In this document: piece after piece, positions 27,335 through 37,289 of the stretch
Layout of the letters: the number at the start of each line of letters is the position of its first letter
Numbering within the stretch: position 1 is the first letter of the stretch
Assembly: GCA_965220325.1 (NCBI GenBank)
Contig: OZ244821.1
Coordinates: 4,381,924-4,445,923 of the forward strand
DNA: 64,000 bases
Direction: 5' to 3'
Origin: Candidatus Poribacteria bacterium
Lineage (GTDB): Bacteria > Poribacteria > WGA-4E > WGA-3G
The notes under the pieces: model-generated
The model's input: only the letters and a program-made list of their open reading frames with translations
What the model was told of the DNA's origin: nothing
The model's database searches: none
Made by a program: the position numbers and the translations under genes

Positions 27335-27934
27335 TTATTGATACAACCGATGCCGATGAATATAATTTTCGACTTTTTCTGGAACGAGATATCGGATTGA
27401 GAGCCGGTTCCGAACGCGTTCACGAATCGCTGTTGCGGATATATCCACACCGGTTACTGGGAATGTTGTGACCCGCTTTCGAACTTCCAAAGGTACTCGG
27501 TTGAGATCATAATTCGGACGTGTCGTCGCGATCATAATACACCGCGCTAAGACCTCATCAAAGTCCCTCCAGACTTTATACTCAATGAGCGAATCCGCCC
27601 CGATGATCCATGCCAGTTCCGTCATTTCTCCATAAAGTCTCTGCAATGCTTTTAGAGTCTCCACGGTATAAGAGGGTCCGGCGCGCTCCAATTCTATCCG
27701 AGACACCTCAAAGTATGGATTCCCAATAATCGCCAAGAGTGCCATCTGATACCGCTGCTCCGGTTCGATAATATTGGCATCTGCGACTTTGTGTGGTGGT
27801 CTGGCGGAAGGGATAAACAATATTTTATCGTAACCTAATCCGACGCGGACCTGTTCGGCACTCAGTAGGTGTGCATAATGGATTGGGTTGAATGTTCCGC
27901 CCATCACAGCAATTCTTTGGTTTGTTTTCAGCAT
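27335..27934 (-). CDS. nadD: Nicotinate-nucleotide adenylyltransferase
   Basis: MGGTFNPIHYAHL ((H/T)xGH motif); 199 aa. Confidence 0.85.
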   Translation of the reverse strand: MLKTNQRIAVMGGTFNPIHYAHLLSAEQVRVGLGYDKILFIPSARPPHKVADANIIEPEQRYQMALLAIIGNPYFEVSRIELERAGPSYTVETLKALQRLYGEMTELAWIIGADSLIEYKVWRDFDEVLARCIMIATTRPNYDLNRVPLEVRKRVTTFPVTGVDISATAIRERVRNRLSIRYLVPEKVENYIHRHRLYQ

Positions 27935-28059
27935 CAGAATATCGGAATGTCTCGCGGCTGCGAATTCGATAGCGTATACCTTATATCCGTCATATCCGTC
28001 TGTGCAGTTTAAAGTATACCGGTTTAGACGCGAAAAGTCAATAGAAAAATTGGGGCGCG

Positions 28060-28827
28060 CTAACGTCCGTGGACGCGTGCCTTGTAGTCATCATAACTCC
28101 GCTCAATCTGCTGTGCCGATTCTTCGGTTCCGAGAAAATGCGAACCGGTCAACACAACAGGCGGCTTCCCGCGTTCTGTCAGGAGTTCGGCAACCTGGCA
28201 TTTAATCGCATTGACAATTGAGAGTGTCCCGATGCTGGATGTAGGTCCTACCGGGTTCGCCAGATTCGGGATATCTACGACTGCATCCCCCGGTGGATTA
28301 CAGTTGTCGATTGTTAGGTCGGCGATTTCAAAAAGCCGTTTGCCCGAATTATGTTTTGAGGTAGAAGAACGACTGTGTGCGATGGAACTTACTGCGATGA
28401 CGGGCAGCCCCTGCTTTTTCGCACCCATCGCTATCTCTATAGGTAGGACGTTGGTTCCAGAATTCGAGAATACGATCATAGCGTCGTGAGCGCGGAAGGT
28501 GAAGTTACGTAAAATAACTTCTGCGTACCCTGAGATGTTTTCCAAAAAGAGTGCTTGGCGTTGCCCATTACAACCGACGACCTGATTGTGATATGTGACC
28601 GCTAATTCCACGATCGGAAAGAATCCCGGAAAACTTCCATAACGGGGGAACATCTCTTCAACTGCCATTCGGGAATGCCCCGAGCCAAATAGATAAACGA
28701 GGCCGTCTTCTGCTATTGTCTCGGCGCATATATCGGAGGCTTGCGCAATCGCATCGGTTTGTGTTGCTTCAATCTGTCCCAGAATGTCTTGTGCTGTCCG
28801 TAGGTAACGTAAATAGGAAGTGCTCAT
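28060..28827 (-). CDS. SIS-domain sugar-phosphate isomerase-like protein (UPF0309-like)
   Basis: VYLFGSGHSRMAVEEM...VFSNSGTNVLPIEIA. The start is placed at the internal ATG at 28827 (MSTSYLRYL). Confidence 0.55.
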   Translation of the reverse strand: MSTSYLRYLRTAQDILGQIEATQTDAIAQASDICAETIAEDGLVYLFGSGHSRMAVEEMFPRYGSFPGFFPIVELAVTYHNQVVGCNGQRQALFLENISGYAEVILRNFTFRAHDAMIVFSNSGTNVLPIEIAMGAKKQGLPVIAVSSIAHSRSSTSKHNSGKRLFEIADLTIDNCNPPGDAVVDIPNLANPVGPTSSIGTLSIVNAIKCQVAELLTERGKPPVVLTGSHFLGTEESAQQIERSYDDYKARVHGR

Positions 28828-29140
28828 AATAATGTTGTTGTCTGTTCTCACCTCAGTTGCTTGATTGCTGAAATTATAAAGCGTAACTTGTTTAGTCCAT
28901 CTCGCCAAAATATCAATACCTATTCTATCACATTTTTGACATATTCGCAATGCATTTCAGATAGTAGTTGTCAGTTGTCAGTTAACAAGACTCAGTTAAC
29001 ACTTTTCGTATTAGCATATTTTCCTCTGGATTTTAAAGCTTGGAATCTGCTATAATTTCTTTGTGTTCTGTGGCGTACCTATATATTTCAAATGCAGCAA
29101 TTTGTCTGCCCGGTAAAAAGAAAAGGATATTTGTTTGTAA

Positions 29141-30091
29141 ATGAAGCACATAAAGATTCCAGGGGTTAGTAAAGACATCTCACAGTTGATTCTGGGAACC
29201 ATGGTATTTTCTCCTGCCAGATATGACTATAGCACTGAAATGCTTGACGCATTTTTTGAGGTGGGTGGAAATGCCCTTGACACTGCACACATCTATGGTG
29301 GCGGCGATAGTGAGATGTTAATCGGTCTCTGGATGCGACAACGCGGAAATCGGGACGAGGTGTACCTGATTGGTAAAGGCGGGCACCCGCAAGGGAGTGT
29401 ACCACGCCCGCGTCTCTCCCCCGAAGAACTCAAAGCCGATCTCGATGAAAGTATTACACGACTCCGGACTGGCTATATTGACCTCTACATGCTCCATCGG
29501 GACGACCCTGTAATTCCGGTTAGCACTATTATTGATTACCTGAACACGGAAATCGGTACCGGACGTATCAGAGCCATCGCAGCCTCTAACTGGCAACCCC
29601 AGCGTATTATTGAGGCGAACACGTATGCGCAGGAAAACGGACTGGCGGGGTTTGTCTCTTGTAGCAACAATATTAGTCTGGCAGTACCGATGGAACCGAT
29701 GTGGGGAGGTTGCGTCTGTGTGGACGCTGCTGCACGGGCATGGCATAAAGAGAGCCAATTTCCTTTGATGCCGTGGTCATCTCAAGCACGCGGTTTCTTT
29801 AGTGGTGCATTTACCCCCGAAAATCGTGAAAACCGGGACATGGTGCGTGTCTATTACAATGATGAGAACTTTGAAAGACTTGCACGCGCAAAGAAGTTAG
29901 GCGAGAAATACGGATATTCCGCGATTCAGGTCTCCCTGGCATACTGTTTGCACATTCCCTTTCCTGTTTTCCCAGTTATCGGACCCGTAACTTTAGCTGA
30001 ATTGGATTCCTCTCTCGGGGCAAGGACACTTGTACTCTCCGAGGCTGAAGTAGCGTGGCTCAACTTAGAAACGGATGATAATCCACTATGA
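29141..30091 (+). CDS. Aldo/keto reductase family oxidoreductase
   Basis: GTMVFS...DTAHIYGGGDSEMLIG...YIDLYMLHRDD. Confidence 0.8.
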   Translation: MKHIKIPGVSKDISQLILGTMVFSPARYDYSTEMLDAFFEVGGNALDTAHIYGGGDSEMLIGLWMRQRGNRDEVYLIGKGGHPQGSVPRPRLSPEELKADLDESITRLRTGYIDLYMLHRDDPVIPVSTIIDYLNTEIGTGRIRAIAASNWQPQRIIEANTYAQENGLAGFVSCSNNISLAVPMEPMWGGCVCVDAAARAWHKESQFPLMPWSSQARGFFSGAFTPENRENRDMVRVYYNDENFERLARAKKLGEKYGYSAIQVSLAYCLHIPFPVFPVIGPVTLAELDSSLGARTLVLSEAEVAWLNLETDDNPL

Positions 30092-30216
30092 TAGTTCGGA
30101 TTCTTTTTCTACTGTTCTGCTTTCAGTTTATTTTTTGGGCTCTCGGCTTTGCCCAAATGAGTTGAGGTGCCTGAAGCAATCCCGCGATTCCACGCAGCGG
30201 GATCGATGAAGTCAGT

Positions 30217-31167
30217 TTGACTTCAGGAGAAACGCGTAAATTTCAGAGTACTTTCAGCATGATGCGCTGGTTTGACGCACAAGGTGGACACTTAGAAACC
30301 AAAGGGGTTTCCCCAGACGGAAAAGTAATAGATGTCCCGTTGCACCGACACCACGTTAATCTGAACATCTTTCGGATTGATGTCGGATTGAAGTATCAGT
30401 TCGCTTCTCAGTGGGTCCTGGAAGCCAATATACCGTACGAGACCAAAGCACAAGAGGCGACACTTGAAAAGATTGATCCGGTCACGCCCGCGGATTGGGA
30501 AGCGATTATACGTAGTCGCGACAATCATCATCGCAATGAGACTTATATCGGATTTGCCGATGCGGATCTGTTCTTAGGCTATCAGATGCAAGGGTTGCTT
30601 GGAGAGAACGATTTTCTGATGGCGCGTGTCGGAACGACAATTCCGTTTGGTAAAACAGAAGAGGATCCATGGAAACTCGGCGATGCCGGACTTGAGCATC
30701 TCCATATTCAGTTTGGTAGCGGTACGTTTAATCCGATTGTCGATTTGTATTATAGGCTCCCGATCTACAAAGGACTCCACGCGAATGCCAACGTCCGTGG
30801 GAAATTGCCGTTCTATGAAAATAGCAAGACCTATCGCGGTTCGAGAGAGGTTACGTACACAGGCGGTTTAAGTTATCGTGTCAACGATTGGCTTTCGTTC
30901 CAATCTAGCTACCTCGGTTTTTATCAATCTTACGCGTATTGGGCAGATGAACGCGACATCAATACCGGACTCCAGTTCAGCATGGCATCATTTGGAGTAT
31001 CGGTTGTAACGCCTTATGATCTTCCTTTGTCTTTGGCAGTAATGCTCCCTTTGCACCAAGAGACACTCTATGACGATACGGGTGCCTTATTGGATGGTGT
31101 ATACGAGGAGAGCGATGCCTTTGAATTCGGTCCTTTGATATCGTTAACAGTTCTGTATGGATTTTAG
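30217..31167 (+). CDS. Hypothetical protein with outer-membrane beta-barrel-like C-terminus (ends ...LTVLYGF); TTG start; no signal peptide in the ORF as called
   Basis: A C-terminal aromatic residue and alternating hydrophobic strands. A signal-peptide-like mini-ORF (30088-30165) lies in the same frame upstream, separated by two stops. Confidence 0.35.
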   Translation: MTSGETRKFQSTFSMMRWFDAQGGHLETKGVSPDGKVIDVPLHRHHVNLNIFRIDVGLKYQFASQWVLEANIPYETKAQEATLEKIDPVTPADWEAIIRSRDNHHRNETYIGFADADLFLGYQMQGLLGENDFLMARVGTTIPFGKTEEDPWKLGDAGLEHLHIQFGSGTFNPIVDLYYRLPIYKGLHANANVRGKLPFYENSKTYRGSREVTYTGGLSYRVNDWLSFQSSYLGFYQSYAYWADERDINTGLQFSMASFGVSVVTPYDLPLSLAVMLPLHQETLYDDTGALLDGVYEESDAFEFGPLISLTVLYGF

Positions 31168-31191
31168 GACATCGCTTTGGTTAGGAAAAAA

Positions 31192-33363
31192 ATGATGAAA
31201 CTATTGAACTACACCTCCACAACACAAAGAATTAAGTTCATTACACCGTATGCGATCAGATGTTGCATAGTGATAGTGGCAGTCGCTTTTTTAGTGAGTT
31301 GCGGTGTGCCGAATAATCCGTATCCGAAGTCTGAACGGAGTGAGGAAATCTACTACAGCACGTTTGACGAAGAGCCGAAACACTTTGATCCAGCGGTCTC
31401 TTATAGTTCGGATGAATATAGGTTCATTCAACAGATTTATGAACCGCCTTTGCGCTACCACTACTTAAAGCGGCCTTATACATTGGTTCCATTGACAGCG
31501 GAGGCTATCCCGCAGCCGCGTTATTACAATGCTGGTGGCAGACAGTTGGCATCAGACGCCCCGGCAGCGTTTGTGGCGCGTGCTGTTTATGAAATTCGGA
31601 TACGTCCGGGTATCATGTACCAACCGCACCCGTGCTTTGCGAAGACTGAAAGTGGAGCGTTGCGATACCACAACTTAGAAGGATCGGATGTTTCAGGGTT
31701 TGACGAGATCAAGGATTTTCCGATGACGGGGACGCGTGAACTTATTGCCGAGGATTATGTCCACCAGATTAAACGGATGGCTGATCCGCGTCTCTCCTGT
31801 CCTATTCTCAGTACGTTGGCTGATTATATTCTGGGTATGGAGGCGTATTCAGCTGCCGTTGCTAATGGACAAGCCGATGCTCCGTTTCCGGGTGTAGAAG
31901 TCGTGGATCGGTATACCTATAGGGTTATTCTCAAAGCGAAGTATCCGCAATTTGTCTATTGGTTGGCGATGCCATTCTTTTCACCGATGCCCAAAGAGGC
32001 GATCGGTTTTTACAACCAACCAGCTATGAAGGAACGGAACATCACGATTGATCGGTTTCCAGTGGGAACGGGTGCCTATCGTATAGAGACGCTCCTTGCA
32101 CATAAGGAGATAGTTCTGGTAAAAAACGAGAATTTTCGGGTGGAACGCTATCCCTCAAGTGGTGAACCCGGAGATAGGGAAGCCGGACTTCTGGACGACG
32201 CGTGGGAGATCGTCCCGTTTATACCGAAAGTTGTCTACAAATTAGAAAAGGAATATATTCCGCGATGGAATAAGTTTTTGCAAGGGTATTACGATAATTC
32301 GACTATCTCTTCAGATACGTTTGATAGCGCAATTGCTTTCAACGAAACGGGTGATCCGAGGACAAGTGAGACGTTGAGAGAGAAACATATTGTTTTACGC
32401 ACCAGCGTGGAACCGACAACTATTTACCTCGCGTTCAATATGTTGGATGATACCGTCGGCGGGTATACACAGGAGAAACAGAAGCTCCGTCAGGCGATTT
32501 CGATTGCCTTAAATTACGAAGAGTATATTGAGATTTTCCGCAACGGACGCGGTGTTGTATCGCACAGTCCGTTGCCACCGGGTATCTTTGGTTATGAATC
32601 GGGTGAGGCGGGGATTAACGCTTATCTTTATGACTGGGACGCAAGCACGAACCGTCCGATTCGGAAATCCATTGAAGAAGCGCGCCGGTTGCTTGCAGAA
32701 GCCGGTTACCCGGGCGGCCAGGATCATAAGGGGAATCCGCTTATCGTCTCTTTTGACAACACATGGACTTCGGCGGGTGCTACGTCGCAATTGACATGGA
32801 TGCGAAATAAATTGGAGCAGCTCGGCATCACGATGGAGAGTCGAACCACAGATTACAATCGGTTTCGCGACAAAGTGAAAAACGGGAATTTTCAGGTCAT
32901 CTATTGGGGATGGCACGCCGACTACCCCGACGCGGAAAATTTCTTGTTCCTCCTCTACGGTCCGAACAGTAAAGTCTTACACGATGGCGAAAACGCTGCG
33001 AACTACGATAACCCTGAATACAATCGTCTCTTTGAAGAGATGAAAAATATGGAGAACTCACCGGAACGGTTAGCACGCATCCGTGAGATGAACCGTCTTT
33101 TACAGCGTGATGCGCCTTGGGTCTTCGTCTATCACCCTGTTACTTTCGGTCTATCGCACCAGTGGTTGAAGAACAATAAACCGAGTGCTTTGGGGCGTGG
33201 CAATTTGAAGTATCTTCGCATCGATGCCGGTCAGCGTACAGAAAGCCGTCAAGCGTGGAATAAGCCCATCGTCTGGCCTCTTTGGTTGTGTTTGGGACTG
33301 CTAATTTTAGGGACGATTCCGGCTGCTATCACAATTTGGAAACGAGAAAGAGGGGCGCAGTAG
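31192..33363 (+). CDS. ABC transporter substrate-binding protein, family 5 (peptide/nickel type), lipoprotein with an extra C-terminal TM
   Basis: The lipobox LVSCG and the SBP_bac_5-like length. The ATG at 31192 follows AGGAAAAAA; the ORF track starts at the TTG at 31177. Confidence 0.75.
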   Translation: MMKLLNYTSTTQRIKFITPYAIRCCIVIVAVAFLVSCGVPNNPYPKSERSEEIYYSTFDEEPKHFDPAVSYSSDEYRFIQQIYEPPLRYHYLKRPYTLVPLTAEAIPQPRYYNAGGRQLASDAPAAFVARAVYEIRIRPGIMYQPHPCFAKTESGALRYHNLEGSDVSGFDEIKDFPMTGTRELIAEDYVHQIKRMADPRLSCPILSTLADYILGMEAYSAAVANGQADAPFPGVEVVDRYTYRVILKAKYPQFVYWLAMPFFSPMPKEAIGFYNQPAMKERNITIDRFPVGTGAYRIETLLAHKEIVLVKNENFRVERYPSSGEPGDREAGLLDDAWEIVPFIPKVVYKLEKEYIPRWNKFLQGYYDNSTISSDTFDSAIAFNETGDPRTSETLREKHIVLRTSVEPTTIYLAFNMLDDTVGGYTQEKQKLRQAISIALNYEEYIEIFRNGRGVVSHSPLPPGIFGYESGEAGINAYLYDWDASTNRPIRKSIEEARRLLAEAGYPGGQDHKGNPLIVSFDNTWTSAGATSQLTWMRNKLEQLGITMESRTTDYNRFRDKVKNGNFQVIYWGWHADYPDAENFLFLLYGPNSKVLHDGENAANYDNPEYNRLFEEMKNMENSPERLARIREMNRLLQRDAPWVFVYHPVTFGLSHQWLKNNKPSALGRGNLKYLRIDAGQRTESRQAWNKPIVWPLWLCLGLLILGTIPAAITIWKRERGAQ

Positions 33364-33369
33364 AAAGTA

Positions 33370-34350
33370 ATGGTTACCTATATCATACGGCGTATTCTTT
33401 ATGCGATTCCAATCCTAATAGGTGTGAACCTCATTGTTTTTTTCCTCTTTTTTGTTGTTAACTCGCCGGATCAGATGGCACGCAAGATTCTCGGTGAGAA
33501 GAATATTACACAAGAAGATGTTGACAATTGGAAAAAACAGAACGGCTACCATCTACCGCTCTTTTTCAACGCTGAGGCATCCGGCAGTGCACATCTTACG
33601 GAGACTATCTTTTTTCAGAAAGCAGCGAAACTTTTTGTTTTTGATTTCGGAACGTCTGATACAAACAATATTGACATAACAGCACAGATTTCACAACGGA
33701 TGTGGGCAAGCCTCGCGATTGCTTTGCCGACGTTTATCCTTGGACTTCTGGTGAACATTACGATTTCAATGATTGTGGCTTACTATCGGGCAACTTACGT
33801 CGATTTCTGGGGCACAATTGTTGCTGTGACCGTTATGTCAGTCTCCTCTCTCTTTTATATTATAGGTGGGCAGTGGTTGTTTGGAAAAATGTTGCGTCTG
33901 TTTCCGATTTCGGGTTATGATTCAGGGGCAAACATGTTAAAATTTGTGATTCTACCTGTGGTTATCGGTATCATCAGTGGCATCGGTAGCGGTATCCGTT
34001 TCTACCGGACGATATTCCTTGAGGAGGTAAATCGCGATTATGTGCGGACGGCACGTGCGAAAGGCGTAAGCGAAACCGGGGTTCTCTTTAAACACGCACT
34101 CAAGAACGCGATGATCCCGATCCTAACGAATGTTGTGTTGGCAATCCCGTTACTCTTTCTGGGCAGCTTGGTGATGGAGGCGTTTTTTGCGATTCCGGGG
34201 TTAGGGAGTTTCACCATTGAAGCGATTCAGGCACAAGATTTCGCTATTGTGCGGAGCATGGTCTATCTCGGTTCTGTTCTATATATTGTCGGTTTGTTGC
34301 TAACCGATATCAGTTATACACTTGTCGATCCACGTATCCGGTTTGGCTAA
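33370..34350 (+). CDS. ABC transporter permease (OppB/DppB-like)
   Basis: Six TM segments; the EAA-like motif region ARAKGVSETGVLFKHALKNA. Confidence 0.85.
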   Translation: MVTYIIRRILYAIPILIGVNLIVFFLFFVVNSPDQMARKILGEKNITQEDVDNWKKQNGYHLPLFFNAEASGSAHLTETIFFQKAAKLFVFDFGTSDTNNIDITAQISQRMWASLAIALPTFILGLLVNITISMIVAYYRATYVDFWGTIVAVTVMSVSSLFYIIGGQWLFGKMLRLFPISGYDSGANMLKFVILPVVIGIISGIGSGIRFYRTIFLEEVNRDYVRTARAKGVSETGVLFKHALKNAMIPILTNVVLAIPLLFLGSLVMEAFFAIPGLGSFTIEAIQAQDFAIVRSMVYLGSVLYIVGLLLTDISYTLVDPRIRFG

Positions 34351-34362
34351 GAAAGAAAAAGA

Positions 34363-34800
34363 ATGATTTCAGAAAATAGAAGTTATCAAATTATGCAAGG
34401 CGTGATGAGCCTCCTATTGGGATGTATTAGTATCATCTTATTGGTAATGCTACGGCATTCAGGATATTCGAGTGTCATCCTGTTCTGCTTTCTAACTGTA
34501 GGAGTTACCTTAATTTTCTCTGGTGATTATCTGCTCAACCCGTTTAAGCTGCCGGTCACACCGCTGAAACAGGAATTCGCGAGCGATATTGGTCTCATCG
34601 CGTACGGTGTCCTCTATTTCAGTATCGCTATGTCGAACCTATTGCAGCCGCGGTGGTTCACAATGGGTCTGCCTGTCTTTTTACAACCGATTTGGGTGCG
34701 ACGTGGGTTGGCATGCATCGGGATCGTTCTGATAGCAGCAGGGATTTACGGCATTTATCACTTATGTGTTAGCCAATTATCGGATGATCCGTTGGAATAG
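34363..34800 (+). CDS. Hypothetical integral membrane protein (4 TM)
   Basis: Hydrophobic profile only. Confidence 0.35.
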   Translation: MISENRSYQIMQGVMSLLLGCISIILLVMLRHSGYSSVILFCFLTVGVTLIFSGDYLLNPFKLPVTPLKQEFASDIGLIAYGVLYFSIAMSNLLQPRWFTMGLPVFLQPIWVRRGLACIGIVLIAAGIYGIYHLCVSQLSDDPLE

Positions 34801-34841
34801 GAAACGCTTTTATATGCGAAGCCTGTCCTTTAAGGAACCAA

Positions 34842-35147
34842 TCATTTCGCGATAATCACGGCATAACGGAGCGGTGTCTCGCCGACGTTGCGTATCCCGT
34901 GCAACACTTGACAATCGACATGAACGGCTTCGTTATCACTGACAGGGTGTGTCTCTTCACCAAACAAGACCTCCGCTTCTCCAGAAAACACGTAAAAAAT
35001 CTCTTGTCCGTCGTGTGTATGCGGCGGGTGTGCGCGTTGCCCCGGTCCGACTTCTGAGATGTGGAGATGGAGTTGTTCCCGGTCTGCTCCTGTTTCAAAG
35101 ATAAAGCGGTTAATGCCTTTAACATCGGTGCTAATTTCTTTTTTCAT
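34842..35147 (-). CDS. Cupin-domain protein
   Basis: Two-His cupin motif GPGQRAHPPHTHDGQEIFYVFSGE...HGIRN. Confidence 0.65.
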   Translation of the reverse strand: MKKEISTDVKGINRFIFETGADREQLHLHISEVGPGQRAHPPHTHDGQEIFYVFSGEAEVLFGEETHPVSDNEAVHVDCQVLHGIRNVGETPLRYAVIIAK

Positions 35148-35420
35148 GAGGGGCCTCCGTTTTGAAGCTGCTTTCTATAACTATGCAGGCATTTCGGATG
35201 CGAAAATAGAGTTTCCTGAAACGCATCTGGAATGTTTAAATCAAACTGATGTTTTTTCGTCAAACTCACCTAAATTTAGCATATTCCTTGAAGGTTGTCA
35301 AGTGGTTGACGCAAAATTAAGATTTTGGTATACTGCTTTTCGTTAGGACTTTGAAATTATCGTTCTCACTAATGTAAAAAACCCACCTGATAGTTCAATT
35401 TTAAACGCAAGGGGGATTTC

Positions 35421-36068
35421 ATGAATACAAAGAACTTAGTCGTCGAATTTATCGGCACCTTCGCGCTGATTTTTATTGGTGCTGGTGCGTTGGCGATCGG
35501 TTCAGCGAATTTAGTAGGTGTTGCGCTCGCTCACGGCTTGGTGATTGTAGCGTTTATTTACGCTTATGGGCATATCTCCGGTACGCATATTAATCCGGCT
35601 GTGACATTGGGTTTACTGATAGCAGGCGAGATTGAATTCGTGGCAGCTATCGGATATTGGGTTGTGCAATTTCTTGGCGGGATTCTGGGTGCGGTTCTGC
35701 TTAATATTTTACTGCCGGATCCAGGCGATCTCGGTGTGACAATTTTAGCTGAAGGTGTTACGCCGGTTCAAGGACTTGTTATTGAAATCGTGCTCACTTT
35801 CTTTCTCGTCAATACTATTTTCAACACCGCTGTGAGTGGGAAAGCAGGGAACTTCGCTGGACTTGCCATTGGGCTCACGTTGGTCTTTGCCATCCTAATG
35901 GGCGGTCCTTTGACGCGGGCTTCACTCAATCCGGCACGGACTTTGGGACCTGCTATCGTCAGTGGGAATTATGCGGATATCTGGCTCTATTTCGTGGGAC
36001 CGTTCATTGGGGCAATCCTCGCTGCGCTTCTCTATATCGGTGTGTTGAAAGACAAAGAAGAAGCGTAG
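35421..36068 (+). CDS. aqpZ: Aquaporin / MIP-family channel
   Basis: Two NPA boxes (HINPAVTLG, SLNPARTLG); the AAGGGGGA RBS. Confidence 0.9.
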   Translation: MNTKNLVVEFIGTFALIFIGAGALAIGSANLVGVALAHGLVIVAFIYAYGHISGTHINPAVTLGLLIAGEIEFVAAIGYWVVQFLGGILGAVLLNILLPDPGDLGVTILAEGVTPVQGLVIEIVLTFFLVNTIFNTAVSGKAGNFAGLAIGLTLVFAILMGGPLTRASLNPARTLGPAIVSGNYADIWLYFVGPFIGAILAALLYIGVLKDKEEA

Positions 36069-36088
36069 GACATCTATTGATAAAAAGA

Positions 36089-36123
36089 AAAGGCTGGCAC
36101 TTTACGCGCCAGCCTTTTCTTTG
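36089..36123. terminator. Bidirectional stem-loop terminator between the convergent aquaporin and hsp20 genes
   Basis: aaaaggctggc actttacgc gccagcctttt: an 11-bp stem with A/T tracts on both sides. Confidence 0.5.
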
Positions 36124-36139
36124 GGTTAGATATTCTGTG

Positions 36140-36571
36140 TTAAGAGGCGGTTGTAATCGGGATTTCAGTCGGTTTCGCGGCTTCCGGTTTCGGAATGGAG
36201 AGCGTCAACACCCCGTCGGTATAATCTGCCTTGATGTCGTCTGTCGCCACATCCGGAGGGAGTGTAAATCTCCGTTGGAAACTTCCATACCGGCGCTCAA
36301 CTCGGCGGTAGTTTTGCGTGTCGTCCGCGTTTTCCTGCCGTTTTTCGCCGCTAAGCGTCAAAAGATTATCTTGGACAGAAATGTTGAGATCATCTTTTGC
36401 GACACCTGGCACCTCGGCGCGGACTTCAAATGTGTCATCTGTCTCCGAAACATCAACCGAGGGTGTCCAGTTGTATGTGTCTGCCTCGGTTCCCATACGC
36501 GTTGGCGCAAAGAACGGGTTGTAAAATCTGAAAGGGTTTCTCGCGGGTTTGCGAAGCGTCAAATAAGTCAT
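36140..36571 (-). CDS. Hsp20/alpha-crystallin family small heat-shock protein
   Basis: WTPSVDVSETDDTFEVRAEVPGV...GVLTLSIPK. Confidence 0.9.
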   Translation of the reverse strand: MTYLTLRKPARNPFRFYNPFFAPTRMGTEADTYNWTPSVDVSETDDTFEVRAEVPGVAKDDLNISVQDNLLTLSGEKRQENADDTQNYRRVERRYGSFQRRFTLPPDVATDDIKADYTDGVLTLSIPKPEAAKPTEIPITTAS

Positions 36572-36597
36572 TTCTTTTCTCCTTTTGTGTTATTGAT

Positions 36598-36638
36598 GAT
36601 ATGCCCCGTGTGTTGTTATCGAGTGGACGGGGCATATC
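36598..36638. promoter_or_regulatory. Perfect 12-bp inverted repeat GATATGCCCCGT-N17-ACGGGGCATATC between the two hsp20 genes
   Basis: The arms are exact reverse complements. There is no T-tract on the minus strand, so it is not a simple terminator; it is not CIRCE. Confidence 0.35.
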
Positions 36639-36650
36639 CGAATCGTTAGA

Positions 36651-37103
36651 TTACGAGTTTGCTGTGATCGGGATTTCGGTCGGTTTTGCGACTTCTGCCT
36701 TCGGAATTTCGAGTGTCAGAACGCCATCGGCGAACTTCGCTTTGATACCATTAGTTTCAACGTGCCTCGGTAGTGTGAAACTCCGCTGGAAGCTGCCATA
36801 CCTTCTTTCAACATGGTGGTAGTTCTTTCCTTCGGTCGCTTCTTCTTGGTGTTTGTCACCTTTGATGGTAAGCAGGTTATCGGTTACAGAGATGTTGACA
36901 TCGTTTTCTGAAACGCCGGGGAGTTCTGCCCGAATTTCAAACCCGTTTTCTGTTTCACAAATATCCGCCATAGGCATCCAAGCGGCATTCTCTGTATCCG
37001 TCCTATTTTCATCTGACCCCAACAGGTCCCCAAAGATGCGTCCCATTTCGTTGTGGAGTCCAAACAGATTTCTCATCGGTCTGCGTGTCGTTAGATAATT
37101 CAT
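36651..37103 (-). CDS. Hsp20/alpha-crystallin family small heat-shock protein (paralog)
   Basis: WMPMADICETENGFEIRAELPGV...GVLTLEIPK; AAAGGA RBS. Confidence 0.9.
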   Translation of the reverse strand: MNYLTTRRPMRNLFGLHNEMGRIFGDLLGSDENRTDTENAAWMPMADICETENGFEIRAELPGVSENDVNISVTDNLLTIKGDKHQEEATEGKNYHHVERRYGSFQRSFTLPRHVETNGIKAKFADGVLTLEIPKAEVAKPTEIPITANS

Positions 37104-37141
37104 TTTTTTTTCCTTTTGAATTTTGTTTATATGGTTGTTGG

Positions 37142-37158
37142 TGCAAGTTCCGTGCCAA
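37142..37158 (-). promoter_or_regulatory. Sigma-54 (-24/-12) promoter, proximal copy, upstream of hsp20
   Basis: The minus-strand sequence TTGGCACGGAACTTGCA matches YTGGCACGrNNNTTGCW at every position; about 40 nt upstream of the hsp20 ATG at 37103. Confidence 0.6.
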
Positions 37159-37205
37159 TCTTTTCTGAGGCGTTTTCAAGATGCTTGCCTCTCTATTCTG
37201 TAATG

Positions 37206-37222
37206 AGCAAGTTCCGTGCCAA
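37206..37222 (-). promoter_or_regulatory. Sigma-54 (-24/-12) promoter, second tandem copy
   Basis: Minus strand TTGGCACGGAACTTGCT; part of a ~64-bp tandem duplication with the proximal copy. Confidence 0.55.
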
Positions 37223-37272
37223 TCTTTTTCAAGCAACAGAAGCATATTCACTTCTGATTTGGATATAAGTAA

Positions 37273-37289
37273 GCAAATTGTGTGCCAAA
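37273..37289 (-). promoter_or_regulatory. Sigma-54-like promoter, third (diverged) copy
   Basis: Minus strand TTTGGCACACAATTTGCT (TGGCAC-N5-TTGC). Confidence 0.45.

Larger units (their letters stand above)
37141..37230. repeat. ~64-bp tandem duplication carrying the sigma-54 promoters
   Basis: gtgcaagttccgtgccaatcttttc...caag is repeated from 37141 and from 37205. Confidence 0.5.

Noticed and set aside
36572-37140. CIRCE (TTAGCACTC-N9-GAGTGCTAA) or ROSE-type heat-shock elements near the hsp20 genes
   Set aside because: They were not found. The palindrome present has a different sequence, and the promoters are sigma-54 type.
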